Source of the DNA: a plasmid
Sequence record: CP019900.1
Length of the DNA: 64,000 nt
Direction: 5' to 3' (one strand)
This document shows positions 10,959 through 23,335 of this stretch, in pieces (the stretch's first letter is position 1; each line of letters starts with the position of its first letter). The notes beneath the pieces were generated by a model. The model was given only the letters and a program-made list of their open reading frames with translations. It searched no databases and was not told where the DNA came from. Made by a program: the position numbers and the translations under genes.

Positions 10959-11149
10959 GATAATTGCTTTTTCAATGAATCGCGCCGTTTATGCTCTTGT
11001 GCTTGATGCCCGCGGGTAGGAGTTAGTACTTAAAGGTATAGGTCAATTTCGCCGGAACACTTGCGCTGGAATGGGATAAAGATGAGATGTGCCGCGCTCG
11101 CTGATATCTGAAAACTGACGAAGGGCAACATCACTTTATATCCTTAAAA

Positions 11150-11182
11150 TAAAAGAAAAGCCGACCATAGGTCGGCTACGCA
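11150..11182 (-). terminator. rho-independent terminator downstream of the minus-strand oxidase operon
   Basis: AGCCGACC-ATA-GGTCGGCT hairpin followed (on the minus strand) by a T-run (plus-strand aaaagaaaagccgaccataggtcggcta). Confidence 0.55.
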
Positions 11183-11230
11183 AATTAGCGATGCAGCGAA
11201 CATACATTTAAAACATCATATATGGAGCAT

Positions 11231-12622
11231 TTAGTCGTCTACTTGTAGAGAGATAATTTCACCCAACGTGACAGGTTTCAGCGGTGGTCGAATACGGTAA
11301 AAATCCTGCTGCGTAACCTGACGTTTCTGTTCTGAGGCGATGATATTGGCAATGGTGTATCCACATTGCCTGCCCTGACAGGGGCCCATGCCCGCGCGTG
11401 TAAACGCCTTCAGCTGGTTTATGCCCGGTGAGGCCAGAGCGGCCGCCCGCCGGATGTCGCCGGCGGTGAGTTCTTCGCACCGGCACACAATGGTTTCGTC
11501 CGCCGGTGAGACCAGACGCTGAGGAGGCGGGTAAAGGGCATCAAGCATGGGGCGAATCCCCAGCAGTTTCTTCAACCTTAACCGTAACGGCAGTGCCAGC
11601 GCATCTGCCTTTTTCTGCGCCAGAAGGCCGGCCCGGAGAGCAATGCCCAGCGCCACAATTTCGCCGCGTGTACAGGCCGCCAGTCCGCCGCCAATACCGG
11701 CGCCGTCTCCGGCAACAGAGATGCCAGCAATACTGCCTCTTCCCCAGATATCAAGCGTGGGCACCAGGCAGTTCTGCTGATGACTCCAGTGATGTTGCAA
11801 CCCCAGCGATCGCGTCACGTGAACAGACGGGACAACACCTTCGTGCACAAGCACGGCATTCACGCTGACCCGTCGGGTCACACCACTGGAAAGGGTATAT
11901 TCCAGTTCCTGAAGACGGCCTTCACCCAGCGCGCGGAAAGACTGAATGCCACGAATGCGACGCGTACCGGAGCGCTTTATCTGGTTCAGCCAGACGAGAC
12001 CTTTGAGAATGTCTTTACGACCCCAGAATGCCTCCCTGAGCCAGGGAAGCGCACGGCGCCATTCTCCGGGCGCGCTGGTATCGAGCCAGCCCTCTATAGT
12101 GCCGCCTGCCCGGATAACCTGAGCCATGTAAAGAATGGGAAGGGGACCACTCCCGACGACCCAGGTCGGGCCTTCAGGTATCTGTCTGGCATTTTTCAGC
12201 AGGATCTGTGCGCCGCCCACCGGCATTACGCCGGGCAGCGTCCATCCCGGGAACGGCGCAGGTCTTTCCTGTGCGCCGGTGGCCAGAACAATCTCTTTGG
12301 CCTCAACGGATTCAGTTTTCCCGTCCCTGCGAAGAAATACCCGCCATGAAGGCTCTAACTGCCAGACCTGGGTGTTGGGCTCATAAACGGCTCCACAGGC
12401 CCTGAAATCAGCTGCCACTGAAGCACCTGATTCATACTCTTTACCCAGGATCTGTCCCAGAGGCGAACCGGCAACACCTTCAATATTGCGCCAGAGCTGG
12501 CCGCCCGGTCCCGGCTGTTCATCCACGACCAGCACTGACAGTCCGAACGTCCGCATCCGGATCGCCGCACTCATTCCTGCCGGTCCCGCGCCAACGACAA
12601 TCACATCAAATTTGCGGCTCAT
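11231..12622 (-). CDS. FAD/NAD(P)-binding oxidoreductase with C-terminal BFD-like [2Fe-2S] region; opine oxidase subunit A-like / HcnB-like
   Basis: N-terminal dinucleotide fold DVIVVGAGPAGMSAAIRM. C-terminal CRCEELT...GMGPCQGRQC cysteine motif. ATGA overlap with the upstream small gene. Confidence 0.7.
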   Translation of the reverse strand: MSRKFDVIVVGAGPAGMSAAIRMRTFGLSVLVVDEQPGPGGQLWRNIEGVAGSPLGQILGKEYESGASVAADFRACGAVYEPNTQVWQLEPSWRVFLRRDGKTESVEAKEIVLATGAQERPAPFPGWTLPGVMPVGGAQILLKNARQIPEGPTWVVGSGPLPILYMAQVIRAGGTIEGWLDTSAPGEWRRALPWLREAFWGRKDILKGLVWLNQIKRSGTRRIRGIQSFRALGEGRLQELEYTLSSGVTRRVSVNAVLVHEGVVPSVHVTRSLGLQHHWSHQQNCLVPTLDIWGRGSIAGISVAGDGAGIGGGLAACTRGEIVALGIALRAGLLAQKKADALALPLRLRLKKLLGIRPMLDALYPPPQRLVSPADETIVCRCEELTAGDIRRAAALASPGINQLKAFTRAGMGPCQGRQCGYTIANIIASEQKRQVTQQDFYRIRPPLKPVTLGEIISLQVDD

Positions 12623-12918
12623 TTGTTCAGACTCCGGCGGCCCATCTGGCGCTCAACATGCATATTGTCCTCAACGGTGACCAGACAGGTCTGAACCGAT
12701 CCCTGTCCGTTAACCACGGCCAGACAGTCAAAACAGACGCCCATCATGCAGTAAGGGGCCCGTTCGCTCATCTGTACCGGCGTGGTCCGGCTCATCAGTT
12801 TGCTCTGGCGTAGCAGGACGGCAGCGACGGTTTCGCCTGCTTCCGCTTCCGTTGCCACTCCGTCGATATAGATAACAAGCTTTTGAGAGCCGGCTGGCTG
12901 ATTAAGCTTCCTGAACAT
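12619..12918 (-). CDS. small [2Fe-2S]-binding subunit (HcnA / OoxA-N-terminus-like)
   Basis: MFRKLNQP...VIYIDG...ETVAAVL...RAPYCMMGVCFDCL cysteine cluster. The start was chosen at the internal Met (12918); the longer ORF (..13038) would overlap the upstream gene by 137 bp. Confidence 0.6.
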   Translation of the reverse strand: MFRKLNQPAGSQKLVIYIDGVATEAEAGETVAAVLLRQSKLMSRTTPVQMSERAPYCMMGVCFDCLAVVNGQGSVQTCLVTVEDNMHVERQMGRRSLNK

Positions 12919-14029
12919 GGAACCGTCCGTAATGAAAAGGTGAAAGGCTGTCCGGGTAGGTGTCGCCTGATGCCAGGATCCGCGCGTACTGGCTGGCGTG
13001 GAAAGACGCCAGGGTGACGCCGGAGTGGCACACGGCAAGATGCGCGCCCGGGCAGGTTACAGAAGAGGCATATACCGGGCTGCCGTCTGGCGTCATGATC
13101 CGCAGAGCGGACCACTGCCGGACTATTTTTGCGCCTGAGAGCGCAGGCAGTGTCTTTATCGCTCTCGCCGCCATACGGGTTGCACCGGCAGTGGTTGTCG
13201 AGAGGTCAAACCCCACATCTTCATGCGTGGCACCGATCATCACGGTTCCTTCAGCAGTCTGACGAATTTCGCCTGATGGCAGTGGAAGGAACGATGCCAG
13301 CCTTTCTGTGACAAGCAACTGGCCGCGAAGGGGGGCGACGGGAGCTTCAAGCCCCACCATTGGTGCCAGCGTTACGTTACCCAGCCCTGCAGCCAGCAGG
13401 ACTTGACCCGAACGGAAACTCGCATGCTCTGTGATGACCTCAAAGCCACCGTCTGCAAGGGATGAAATCTGTCTGACGCGGCTGTTATTCTGAATAAAGC
13501 CACCGCGCAGTAGAAAGGCTTTATGAAGCGCCGAAAGCAGGCGCAGTGGATTGACGTGTCCGTCAGTCGGGCCGAAACACGCACCCACAACGTCTTTGCC
13601 CAGCCTGATATCGGGAAAGCGGGCGTTCAGTTCGCTGCGGCGTAACATCTGGACTGGATGCGAGAGTTCCGGCATCTGAGCAATCCACTCACTCATCTCA
13701 CGGGAAAAGTTGGAAAATTCTTCTTCGCTCAGGCAAAACTCCAGCCCACCATTATTTTCATAATTGAGGGTGAGCCCGCTTTCGTCTTCGAGCTCCCGGG
13801 CAAAGGCGGGCCATTGTGAGACCGCCTCCACGGAGAGGCGCTGATAGGCCGGATCCCCAAGCCCTTTACCTGCTGACCAGACGAGACCAAAGTTCGCTTT
13901 AGCGGCCCGGAGATCCGTGTCTTCGGCATCCAGCATCAGAACGCGAAGCGGCAGCTTTGATAGTCCCCAGGCGATAGCTGCGCCAGTCATACCAGCACCC
14001 ACAACTATCAGGTCATACTCACGTTGCAT
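12902..14029 (-). CDS. FAD-dependent oxidoreductase (DadA/glycine-oxidase fold); opine oxidase subunit B-like / HcnC-like
   Basis: N-terminal YDLIVVGAGMTGAAIAWGL Rossmann motif, ~375 aa. First gene of a three-gene operon. Confidence 0.7.
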   Translation of the reverse strand: MQREYDLIVVGAGMTGAAIAWGLSKLPLRVLMLDAEDTDLRAAKANFGLVWSAGKGLGDPAYQRLSVEAVSQWPAFARELEDESGLTLNYENNGGLEFCLSEEEFSNFSREMSEWIAQMPELSHPVQMLRRSELNARFPDIRLGKDVVGACFGPTDGHVNPLRLLSALHKAFLLRGGFIQNNSRVRQISSLADGGFEVITEHASFRSGQVLLAAGLGNVTLAPMVGLEAPVAPLRGQLLVTERLASFLPLPSGEIRQTAEGTVMIGATHEDVGFDLSTTTAGATRMAARAIKTLPALSGAKIVRQWSALRIMTPDGSPVYASSVTCPGAHLAVCHSGVTLASFHASQYARILASGDTYPDSLSPFHYGRFHVQEA

Positions 14030-14779
14030 TATGCGGAGTTCCTACAGGCTGAATAATAAACAGTGCTGCTGTCTGGTACTGAACGAGTAAACGGCCAAGG
14101 GTAGTCCACTGGCCTTGAGTAAAAGACAACAAATTGTCCGGGTCTTTTACAGTGTTTTCTCGGGAGCCCAGAAATACAGGTGCTGCGTGACAGGATGCTT
14201 GCGAGGTTATACAGCTTCGGCACCGCAGTCATGGATATGAAACAGCGTGAAGAATGCCAATTCAAATGAGTTTCAGAAGGACTTTCATGCGTAAATGTTA
14301 TGCATGCATTAAACCGGGCTAGGCCTTGCTGAATACAGTTATTTAATCGTTGTTTTTTCAAAGAAAAATTCATAATTTCTTCAGGGCAATAAAAAATCAT
14401 ACTTGTTGCTGAGGGCCATAGTGTTTTCTTATCTGACGAATGAGTTAAAGAAAAGCTCGTTACTGAATGTTTTTGAGGGATGAGTCTATCATTCTGATAT
14501 TAATTGATATTTGTCCCATGAAACCTGACTGGACACATTGTATTAGTTTCGGGCATAACATTCACTCATGACAGCCATCTTATTTTTTATTATTCAGTAA
14601 ACAGGCTTCGTGGCAACACTGCTGACAGGTTTTAAACGTTAATGAAACCATGAAAAAGACTAATTTCACGAAATTATTCTTCCCAATAAAACCGCATCTG
14701 TAAAAAAACAACTTTAAACAAGGCACGGTCAATAAGCCGCACTGACTTTCTATTTTATTCAACATGAAAGGCCATAATT

Positions 14780-15610
14780 ATGAAATTTGCTATTGCAACC
14801 CTGTTTGCTGCTGCTGCGTTTTCAACTTTTTCAACTTATGCGCAGGATACTATTCAGATTGCTACTGAAGGGGCTTATAAACCTTGGTCGTTCGTCAATG
14901 ACAGCGGCAAGCTGGATGGTTTTGAAATTGACCTCACAAATGCGCTTTGCGCACGAATTAAGGCTGAATGCAAAGTATCAGCTCAGAACTGGGATGGGAT
15001 GATCCCGGCACTCAAATCAGGCAAGTTTGATGCGATCGTAGCGGCAATGACGATTACGCCAAAGCGACAGGAAGTTATCGGATTTTCCGAAGCTTACGCA
15101 GCGTCACCTAATACGTTTATGGTGCTAAAAGATGGTCCTCTTGCGAACATGAAATCGACCGGAAAAACGTTCGATCTGTCAGACGCTGGAAACATGGCTG
15201 ATGCAGAACTGGCTAATATGGCACGGGAACTCAGGGGAAAAACGGTTGGCGTTCAGGTGTCCACAACAGCGGCCTCTTTCCTGCACGACAAATTAAAAGG
15301 GGTAGAGGTTCGTGAATATAAAACGTTTGATGAGTCTGAACTTGATTTGCTTGCCGGACGCGTTGACGCAGTCATGGCAAACATCACCGTATTGAGTGAT
15401 GCGCTCAAACGGAAAGATGCAAGTATTGCCCAGCTTGCCGGTCCTACGCTGGTGGGGTCGCCGTTTAACTCTGTTGCAATAGGACTGCGTAAAGAAGATG
15501 CTGCACTGAAATCTCAGCTGGATGCCGGAATTAAATCTCTGCGTGACGACGGCACAATTAAAAAACTCAGTGAGAAATGGTTCGGGGTGGATCTTTCTCC
15601 TCGCTCCTGA
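14780..15610 (+). CDS. periplasmic substrate-binding protein, polar amino acid / opine (HisJ-ArgT-OccT) family
   Basis: Signal peptide MKFAIATLFAAAAFSTFSTYA, then QDTIQIATEGAYKPWSF...GFEIDL...FDAIVAAMTITPKRQ, the type-II SBP pattern. Divergent from the oxidase operon. Confidence 0.85.
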   Translation: MKFAIATLFAAAAFSTFSTYAQDTIQIATEGAYKPWSFVNDSGKLDGFEIDLTNALCARIKAECKVSAQNWDGMIPALKSGKFDAIVAAMTITPKRQEVIGFSEAYAASPNTFMVLKDGPLANMKSTGKTFDLSDAGNMADAELANMARELRGKTVGVQVSTTAASFLHDKLKGVEVREYKTFDESELDLLAGRVDAVMANITVLSDALKRKDASIAQLAGPTLVGSPFNSVAIGLRKEDAALKSQLDAGIKSLRDDGTIKKLSEKWFGVDLSPRS

Positions 15611-15809
15611 GATGAAGAGTGTTGCTGCAATTTTAAATCAGCAGGCTGGCGCACGTCGTCAGCCTGTTAACCTTCATATCCTGATTCTCCCGCGCTGGGC
15701 TGTTCGAAAATACTCCCTGCATGTTCATTTAAGAGGAGGATGAATGCACCCGATAAGCACACTGGACTCTTTCATAGTATTTAGTTATGACCCTCTCGCT
15801 GGATGCGCG

Positions 15810-16721
15810 CTACTCTTTGGGGAGCATCAGCTCTTCCTGTAAAAATCTCCAGAATCCATCTGAAAACTCCGTTGTCAAATCACCCCGGCGGGATTCCACC
15901 GCGCTAAGCTCCGTGAAACCCGCTTCAAGAGAGGGTTCAAAACGTCTGATGATCAGTCCTCTGTCCAGAAACTCGGATGCAGCAAAGTGGTCGATAACGG
16001 CAATAGCCCCACCTTCGAGCACGATTGAACAGGCCGTCAGTGACTGGTTGGTTTCAATCGTTGATGTGCGTTCGATACCCTCAAGAATCAGACTCAGTCT
16101 TTTTGAATAGGTTGAGCCGGGATCCACTTCGATGATGTTTTCACCAATAAGATCGCTGCGGGTCAGCACCATTTTTTCAGCCAGCGGGTGGCCTTGCGGC
16201 AGGGCCACCACGGCATCAATTGAACGCTGGCGACAAAGCATACCTGCACGGTTGAACTGAAAATCCACATAGCCCAGTTCAGCATCACCCGAGGCGACTT
16301 TTTCGATAACAGCGGGTGACGTCGCTGCTTCGAGAGAGACGTGCAGACCTTTTCGGCCCCGGACAAAGCGCCCTACATAGCGCGCAAGCATACCCGCTGC
16401 CAGAGCTGGCATGGCAAATATTCGCAGCGTACCGGCGAAGTTACGACCAATATCCTGCGCCGCACGTCCTATCCGGTCCAGTCCCACAAAGGCACTCTGT
16501 ACTTCCCGCATTAACGTGAACGCAGCCGGCGTCGGAAGCAGCCGGTTGCCGCGCCGATCAAACAGATGAAGATTAGTTGCCCTTTCAAAATCGGCAATCA
16601 GCCGGCTGACGGCGGGCTGAGTCACAAACATGAGCTCGGCCGCGGCGGTTATCTGTCCTGTCAGCATTACTGCCCGGAATGCTTCGACCTGTCTTAGATT
16701 TAGGCGGTGCGTCTGGTGCAT
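15810..16721 (-). CDS. LysR-type transcriptional regulator, OccR/NocR-like
   Basis: The N-terminus [55 protein letters not shown] closely follows the recalled N-terminus of Agrobacterium OccR ([39 protein letters not shown]...). Confidence 0.8.
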   Translation of the reverse strand: [303 protein letters not shown]

Positions 16722-17003
16722 AACATCTCCTTATGACGCAATTCTCCTGTACCGGTAAAATCCTTGAATCCTGTGAGCAGAGATCTGTAAAGCTACAGGT
16801 GAATACAGTAAGGAGGAGTTGAGGTCATAAATAATCAGTATTCAGCTCAAACTAACACCAAAATCCCACGTGATTCAATGTGTAATAGGAAGCATAATAT
16901 TTAGTAATGCAAGGTCGGCAAATTTTGATTTTTCACATTCGCCATTCCGTTGCAACACTGCTGTAACAGTGAATAAGCATTTGTGCAATACGAAGGTTGA
17001 GCT

Positions 17004-17723
17004 ATGTCGATATTTGAACTTTTCTCGTTCGGAGAGGGAGGGTGGGGTTATCTGCTGCTGAGTGCGTTGATAACCACGCTTGGCCTCGCTATCGCAGGGA
17101 TGTGCCTGGGTGCAGTGTTTGGCATTTGTGGCGCGCTTTCTGCCTTATCTGGCATACACGTGTTGCAAGCCTTGACCCGTGTTTACACCACTATTATGAG
17201 GGGCATTCCCGATCTGCTCGTTGTTTATTTGTTTTACTTCGGGTCATCAAGCGCTCTGACAGCGATAGCACATTTGTTCGGGGCAAAGGGATTTGTCGGA
17301 GCGCCGGAATTTGCCATTGGCGTCTTTGCGCTGGGGATTGTTTCGGGTGCTTACCTTACGGAAGTTTTCCGTGGAGCGATTCAGGCTATCGATAAAGGTG
17401 AAATAGAGGCTGCGCTGGCTTTTGGCATGCGCCTTCGCCAGCGAATGGTTCGGATTGTTCTGCCACTTGCCTTCCGACATGCACTGTCCGGGATTGGTAA
17501 TGTCTGGCAGATGGTTCTGAAAGAAACGGCGTTGCTGTCTGTCATTGGCGTGGTCGAACTTATGCGACAGTCGCAAATTGCCGGCGGTTCAACGCACAAA
17601 TATTTTACGTTCTACCTGGCGGCCGCGCTGATTTACTTCGCTATTTCATGGATATCAGGGCGTGGTTTTGCCCGCGCAGAAAAATATACCATGCGATCCC
17701 TTAACCGCAATTCAGGGCAATAA
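17004..17723 (+). CDS. ABC transporter permease (HisQ/OccQ-like)
   Basis: Polar amino acid permease with EAA-like loop (GAYLTEVFRGAIQAIDKGEIEAALAFGM). Confidence 0.85.
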   Translation: MSIFELFSFGEGGWGYLLLSALITTLGLAIAGMCLGAVFGICGALSALSGIHVLQALTRVYTTIMRGIPDLLVVYLFYFGSSSALTAIAHLFGAKGFVGAPEFAIGVFALGIVSGAYLTEVFRGAIQAIDKGEIEAALAFGMRLRQRMVRIVLPLAFRHALSGIGNVWQMVLKETALLSVIGVVELMRQSQIAGGSTHKYFTFYLAAALIYFAISWISGRGFARAEKYTMRSLNRNSGQ

Positions 17724-17725
17724 AC

Positions 17726-18445
17726 ATGCTAAACGAAGCCACGTTCATCTATGAAATGTTTATTCGCATGCTGCCCGGTATTCCTCTGACACTGCAGCTT
17801 GCAGCAACGTCTATTGCATGCGGTGGTTGCCTTGGGCTGGTGCTGGCCCTGATGCGAACCTCAGGCTGGGCATTGCTGGATGCATTTGCGCGTGCCTACA
17901 TCGCCCTTTTCCGTGGAACCCCACTTCTTGTCCAGATTTACCTGATTTATTACGGTCTGAGCCAGTACCCTGAGCTGCGGTCCAGTGTGCTTTGGCCGCT
18001 CCTGCGCCAGCCATGGTGGTGTGCTGTTCTGGCGATGTCACTGAATACGGCAGCGTACGTCGCGGAGATTATTCGCGGCTCAATTATCACCGTGCCAAGA
18101 GGGCAGGTTGAAGCCGCCATGGCTTGTGGCATGAGCACCGTACTGATGTACCGCCGCATCATTATCCCACAGGCTCTGGTTCGCATGCTCCCAGCATATG
18201 GCAATGAAATCATCCTGATGGTGAAAGCCACCGCCCTGGCCTCAACAATCACGCTGATGGAGGTCACGGGGCTTGCAGCACAGGCGATTTCAGAAACCTA
18301 TCGCCCGGTCGAAGTTTTTGCCGCTGCCGGTGTTATTTATCTGGGACTGAATTTCCTGATGGTCAGCATTATTCGGTTGCTTGAGAAAAAGACCTCAACG
18401 GAGGCATCGTCCGGGAAACAAACGCTCAAACGAAGCTATTTCTGA
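17726..18445 (+). CDS. ABC transporter permease (HisM/OccM-like)
   Basis: Second permease, tightly coupled (3-bp gap). Motif AAYVAEIIRGSIITVPRGQVEAAMACGM. Confidence 0.85.
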   Translation: MLNEATFIYEMFIRMLPGIPLTLQLAATSIACGGCLGLVLALMRTSGWALLDAFARAYIALFRGTPLLVQIYLIYYGLSQYPELRSSVLWPLLRQPWWCAVLAMSLNTAAYVAEIIRGSIITVPRGQVEAAMACGMSTVLMYRRIIIPQALVRMLPAYGNEIILMVKATALASTITLMEVTGLAAQAISETYRPVEVFAAAGVIYLGLNFLMVSIIRLLEKKTSTEASSGKQTLKRSYF

Positions 18446-18545
18446 TTTCGCCAACCCGGTGATGTTTACAGCCGGGAGTTTACCGGCACGCTGCGTTCCA
18501 GCGTGCCGATTGAAACCAACATCACAAAAAAATCAGGACAGTAAA

Positions 18546-19382
18546 ATGAAACTAGCCCTTGCCACACTCATTGCCATTCTCTCCGCAGCAGCAGTTCCTG
18601 CACAGGCTCAGGACACCATTAAAATTGCAACCGAAGCCTCTTTTGCCCCCTGGTCCTTTACCAACGCATCAGGAAAGCTTGATGGATTTGAAATTGAATT
18701 TGCAGATGCGCTGTGCACCCGTATTCAAGCGAAGTGCCTGGTCAGCAACCAGAGCTGGGATGGTCTGATCCCCTCGCTGAATGCCGGAAAATACGATGCG
18801 ATTGTTGCCTCTATGAGCATTACGCCGAAACGCCTGGAGGTTATTGACTTCTCTTCACCTTACGCTGCCTCCACTAACTCGTTCCTGGTTTTAAATGGAA
18901 GCCCTGCAGGCGATTTAGACTCCACCGGCATCAACCTGGGTCTGGAAGCGGATAAAGAAAAAGCTGATAAAGCCATCGGAATTATCGATAAACAACTGAG
19001 TGGAAAAATCGTTGGGGTACAGGCTTCAACCACGGGAGCCACATTCATGGCATCACGCTTACCGTCAGCTGAAGTGCGCGAATACAAGACCATGGATGAA
19101 GCCACGATGGATCTTGCTGCTGGCCGTATTGATGCGCTGCTGGGCAACGTCACTGTACTGCAGACGTCGCTTAAGCGGGACGATATGAAAGATGCGAAGC
19201 TGACCGGTCCGCTCTTCCAGGGTAAAGCTTTCGGGGAAGTGGGCATCGGACTGCGTAAGGGCGACAGCGCGCTTAAAGAACAGCTTAATAGCGGAATTAA
19301 ATCACTGAGTCAGGACGGTACCCTCAAAAAGCTGAGCATCAAATGGTTTGGTGTGGATATAACACCGTCTGCCGTTAAATAA
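18546..19382 (+). CDS. second periplasmic substrate-binding protein, paralog of 14780..15610
   Basis: MKLALATLIAILSAAAVPAQAQDTIKIATEASFAPWSF...GFEIEF... The start was set at the Met preceded by AGGACA. The longer listed ORF (from 18381) reads through from the permease gene. Confidence 0.85.
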   Translation: MKLALATLIAILSAAAVPAQAQDTIKIATEASFAPWSFTNASGKLDGFEIEFADALCTRIQAKCLVSNQSWDGLIPSLNAGKYDAIVASMSITPKRLEVIDFSSPYAASTNSFLVLNGSPAGDLDSTGINLGLEADKEKADKAIGIIDKQLSGKIVGVQASTTGATFMASRLPSAEVREYKTMDEATMDLAAGRIDALLGNVTVLQTSLKRDDMKDAKLTGPLFQGKAFGEVGIGLRKGDSALKEQLNSGIKSLSQDGTLKKLSIKWFGVDITPSAVK

Positions 19383-19446
19383 AAAAGCAATCGCAAAATA
19401 TTAATTAAATTTATTTTTGATATCGCTTCCTTGTATGTGTCATTTA

Positions 19447-19474
19447 ATGGCCTGCATGCAGGCCTATTTTTTAT
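19447..19474 (+). terminator. rho-independent terminator after the transporter genes
   Basis: Perfect palindrome GGCCTGCATGCAGGCC followed by TATTTTTTA. Confidence 0.6.
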
Positions 19475-19606
19475 AGTTACAGGGTTGCCGAAACAAATAA
19501 GAGTCATATTCACACGCAAAAAGTATATGCGTAATGAGGGGCGCAGATTGCTGATACCCTACAGGGTTTCCTGCGCCTGAAATAAGACAGAATACTGAGG
19601 TTCATC

Positions 19607-20836
19607 GTGAACGAGACGAATATTCAACGCAGTAATTTCGACAGCCTGATGGTTCCCGCTTATTCGCCAGCAGAATTTATTCCCGTAAGAGGAAAAGGTT
19701 CCCATCTCTGGGATCAGGCCGGTAATCAGTATATAGACCTTGCTGGTGGCATCGCGGTTAATGCCTTGGGACACGCCCATCCCGTAGCCGTTCAGGCGCT
19801 GCAGGAGCAGGGCAATCTTCTCTGGCACCTCGGTAACGGTTATACCAATGAACCGGTATTGCGTCTGGCAAAACAACTGACAGAGTCAACCTTTGCCGAT
19901 AAAGCCTTCTTCTGCAATTCCGGTGCAGAGGCCAATGAGGCGGCACTGAAGCTGGCCCGTAAGGTGGCGCGCGATAACGGCCAGCCAGGTAAAACCGGCA
20001 TTATTGCCTTTAACAATGCCTTTCATGGGCGCACCCTGTTTACCGTGAGCGCCGGTGGTCAGCCAAAATACTCCGAAGAGTTCGCACCGTTACCACAGGG
20101 CATTGAACACGTGCCTTATAACGACCTGGCGGCAGTCGCTGACCTGATCAGCAACGAAACCTGCGCGGTAATTGTTGAGCCGGTTCAGGGGGAAGGTGGT
20201 GTTCTCCCGGCTGACGCGGATTTTCTGCAGGGACTGAGAGCACTGTGTGACAAGCATAAGGCACTGCTCATTTTCGATGAAGTGCAGACAGGCGTGGGAC
20301 GTACCGGTGACCTCTATGCGTATATGGCCTATGGCGTTGTGCCTGATGTGCTGACCACGGCAAAAGCGCTGGGTGGTGGATTTCCGATCGGCGCAATGCT
20401 GACCACTGATGCACTGGCGGCATCTATGTCCCCTGGAACGCACGGCACGACATACGGTGGCAATCCGCTGGCGTCAGCGGTGGCTGGCGCCGTATTTAAC
20501 TTCATCAATACGCCTGAAGTGCTTGAGGGCGTTCGTGAACGACACCGCTATTTTGTTGAGGGCATTTCGCGCCTCAACGAGAAATTCGGTGTGTTTACCG
20601 AAATCCGCGGCGCAGGCCTGCTGCTCGGTTGCCAGATGGAAAGCCGGTTTAGTGGCAAAGCGAAGCAGCTCACAACGCTTGCCAGCGAAGAAGGATTGCT
20701 TTTGCTGATTGCCGGGCCGAACGTCGTGCGTCTCACGCCTTCCCTGATCATTCCGTTTGCTGACATCGATGAGGGACTTCACCGTCTTGAGCGCGCGATG
20801 ACCCGATTCGTTGCAACACAGGCACCGCAGTCATGA
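19607..20836 (+). CDS. astC: succinylornithine transaminase
   Basis: Collinear with E. coli AstC/ArgD family ([13 protein letters not shown]...[19 protein letters not shown]...[11 protein letters not shown]...[11 protein letters not shown]...[12 protein letters not shown]). ATGA overlap with astA. Confidence 0.9.
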   Translation: MNETNIQRSNFDSLMVPAYSPAEFIPVRGKGSHLWDQAGNQYIDLAGGIAVNALGHAHPVAVQALQEQGNLLWHLGNGYTNEPVLRLAKQLTESTFADKAFFCNSGAEANEAALKLARKVARDNGQPGKTGIIAFNNAFHGRTLFTVSAGGQPKYSEEFAPLPQGIEHVPYNDLAAVADLISNETCAVIVEPVQGEGGVLPADADFLQGLRALCDKHKALLIFDEVQTGVGRTGDLYAYMAYGVVPDVLTTAKALGGGFPIGAMLTTDALAASMSPGTHGTTYGGNPLASAVAGAVFNFINTPEVLEGVRERHRYFVEGISRLNEKFGVFTEIRGAGLLLGCQMESRFSGKAKQLTTLASEEGLLLLIAGPNVVRLTPSLIIPFADIDEGLHRLERAMTRFVATQAPQS

Positions 20837-21857
20837 TGCTTATCCGCCACGCGGAACCCCGCGATCTGGATGATTTGCTGATTCTGGCTGAAAAAGCCGG
20901 ATTCGGACTGACGTCACTGCCGGTCAATGACGTCACGCTGGCCGCACGCATCGAACGTGCACGAAAAACGCTGCGCGGAGAGCTCGATAAAATGGATCAG
21001 GGCTATGTGCTGGTGCTGGAAGATACGGCGGTTGGCCGCGTGGTGGGTATCAGTGCCATTGAGGTGGCCGTTGGTCTCTCTGAGCCCTGGTATAACTTCC
21101 GCGTCGGCAATCAGGTTCATGCCTCAAGAGAACTCAGTGTATATAAGGCGATGCCTACGCTCTATCTGAGTAATGACTTAACCGGTCACAGCGAGCTCTG
21201 CACGCTTTTCCTGGACCCGGATTACCGGCACAGCCACAACGGCAAGCTCCTGTCCAAAATCCGTTTGCTGTTTATTTCGGCGTTCCGTGAGCACTTTTCT
21301 CCCAAAGTCATTGCGGAGATGCGCGGCTACTCTGATGAGAACGGGCGCTCTCCGTTCTGGGCCGCGCTCGGACAGCACTTTTTCAACATGGACTTTGTCC
21401 GGGCAGACTACCTCAGCGGTACCGGGCAGAAGGCGTTTATCGCAGAACTGATGCCGCGAAACCCGCTATATATCGACTTCCTGCCCGCTGATGCCCGTGA
21501 AGTCATCAGCGTGGTGCATCCACACACGGAACCCGCCAGAAAGCTGCTCGAAGCTGAGGGCCTGAGCTATCAGGGATTCGTAGATATCTTTGATGGTGGC
21601 CCCACGCTTGAGGCTGAACTCAGCAAGCTCCGGGTGATGCGTGAAAGCAAATGTCTCCGGGCTGTCTGCGGCCAGCCGCCGGCCGAGGGGGTGCTTTGTC
21701 TGGTTTCAAACACAAACTACCTGAACTATCGCGCTGTTCTCAGCACTTTCACCCCAGAAGCAGACACCGTTGCTCTGACCGAGGCTGACTGCGACGCTCT
21801 TGGCATCGGTGAAGGGGATCAGGTTCACATCGTTGCGCTCAACTCACGGGAAACATT

Positions 21858-21861
<4 letters not shown>
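20833..21861 (+). CDS. astA: arginine N-succinyltransferase
   Basis: [12 protein letters not shown]...GLTSLP...LSARIERA...GYVLVLED...EPWYNFRVG...[12 protein letters not shown]...[13 protein letters not shown]...IFDGGPTLE matches AstA. Confidence 0.9.

Positions 21862-23334
<1,473 letters not shown>

Positions 23335-23335
<1 letters not shown>

Noticed and set aside
12919-13038. Longer 139-aa version of the small [2Fe-2S] subunit
   Set aside because: It would overlap the upstream oxidase gene by 137 bp and adds a Pro/Ser-rich non-homologous leader. The internal Met gives the ~100-aa size typical of these subunits. Kept as an alternative only.
18381-18545. N-terminal 55-aa extension of the second binding-protein ORF (MRKRPQRRHRPGNK...)
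   Set aside because: It overlaps the 3' end of the permease gene in another frame and precedes the signal peptide. The Met at 18546 with an AGGACA ribosome-binding site is the credible start.
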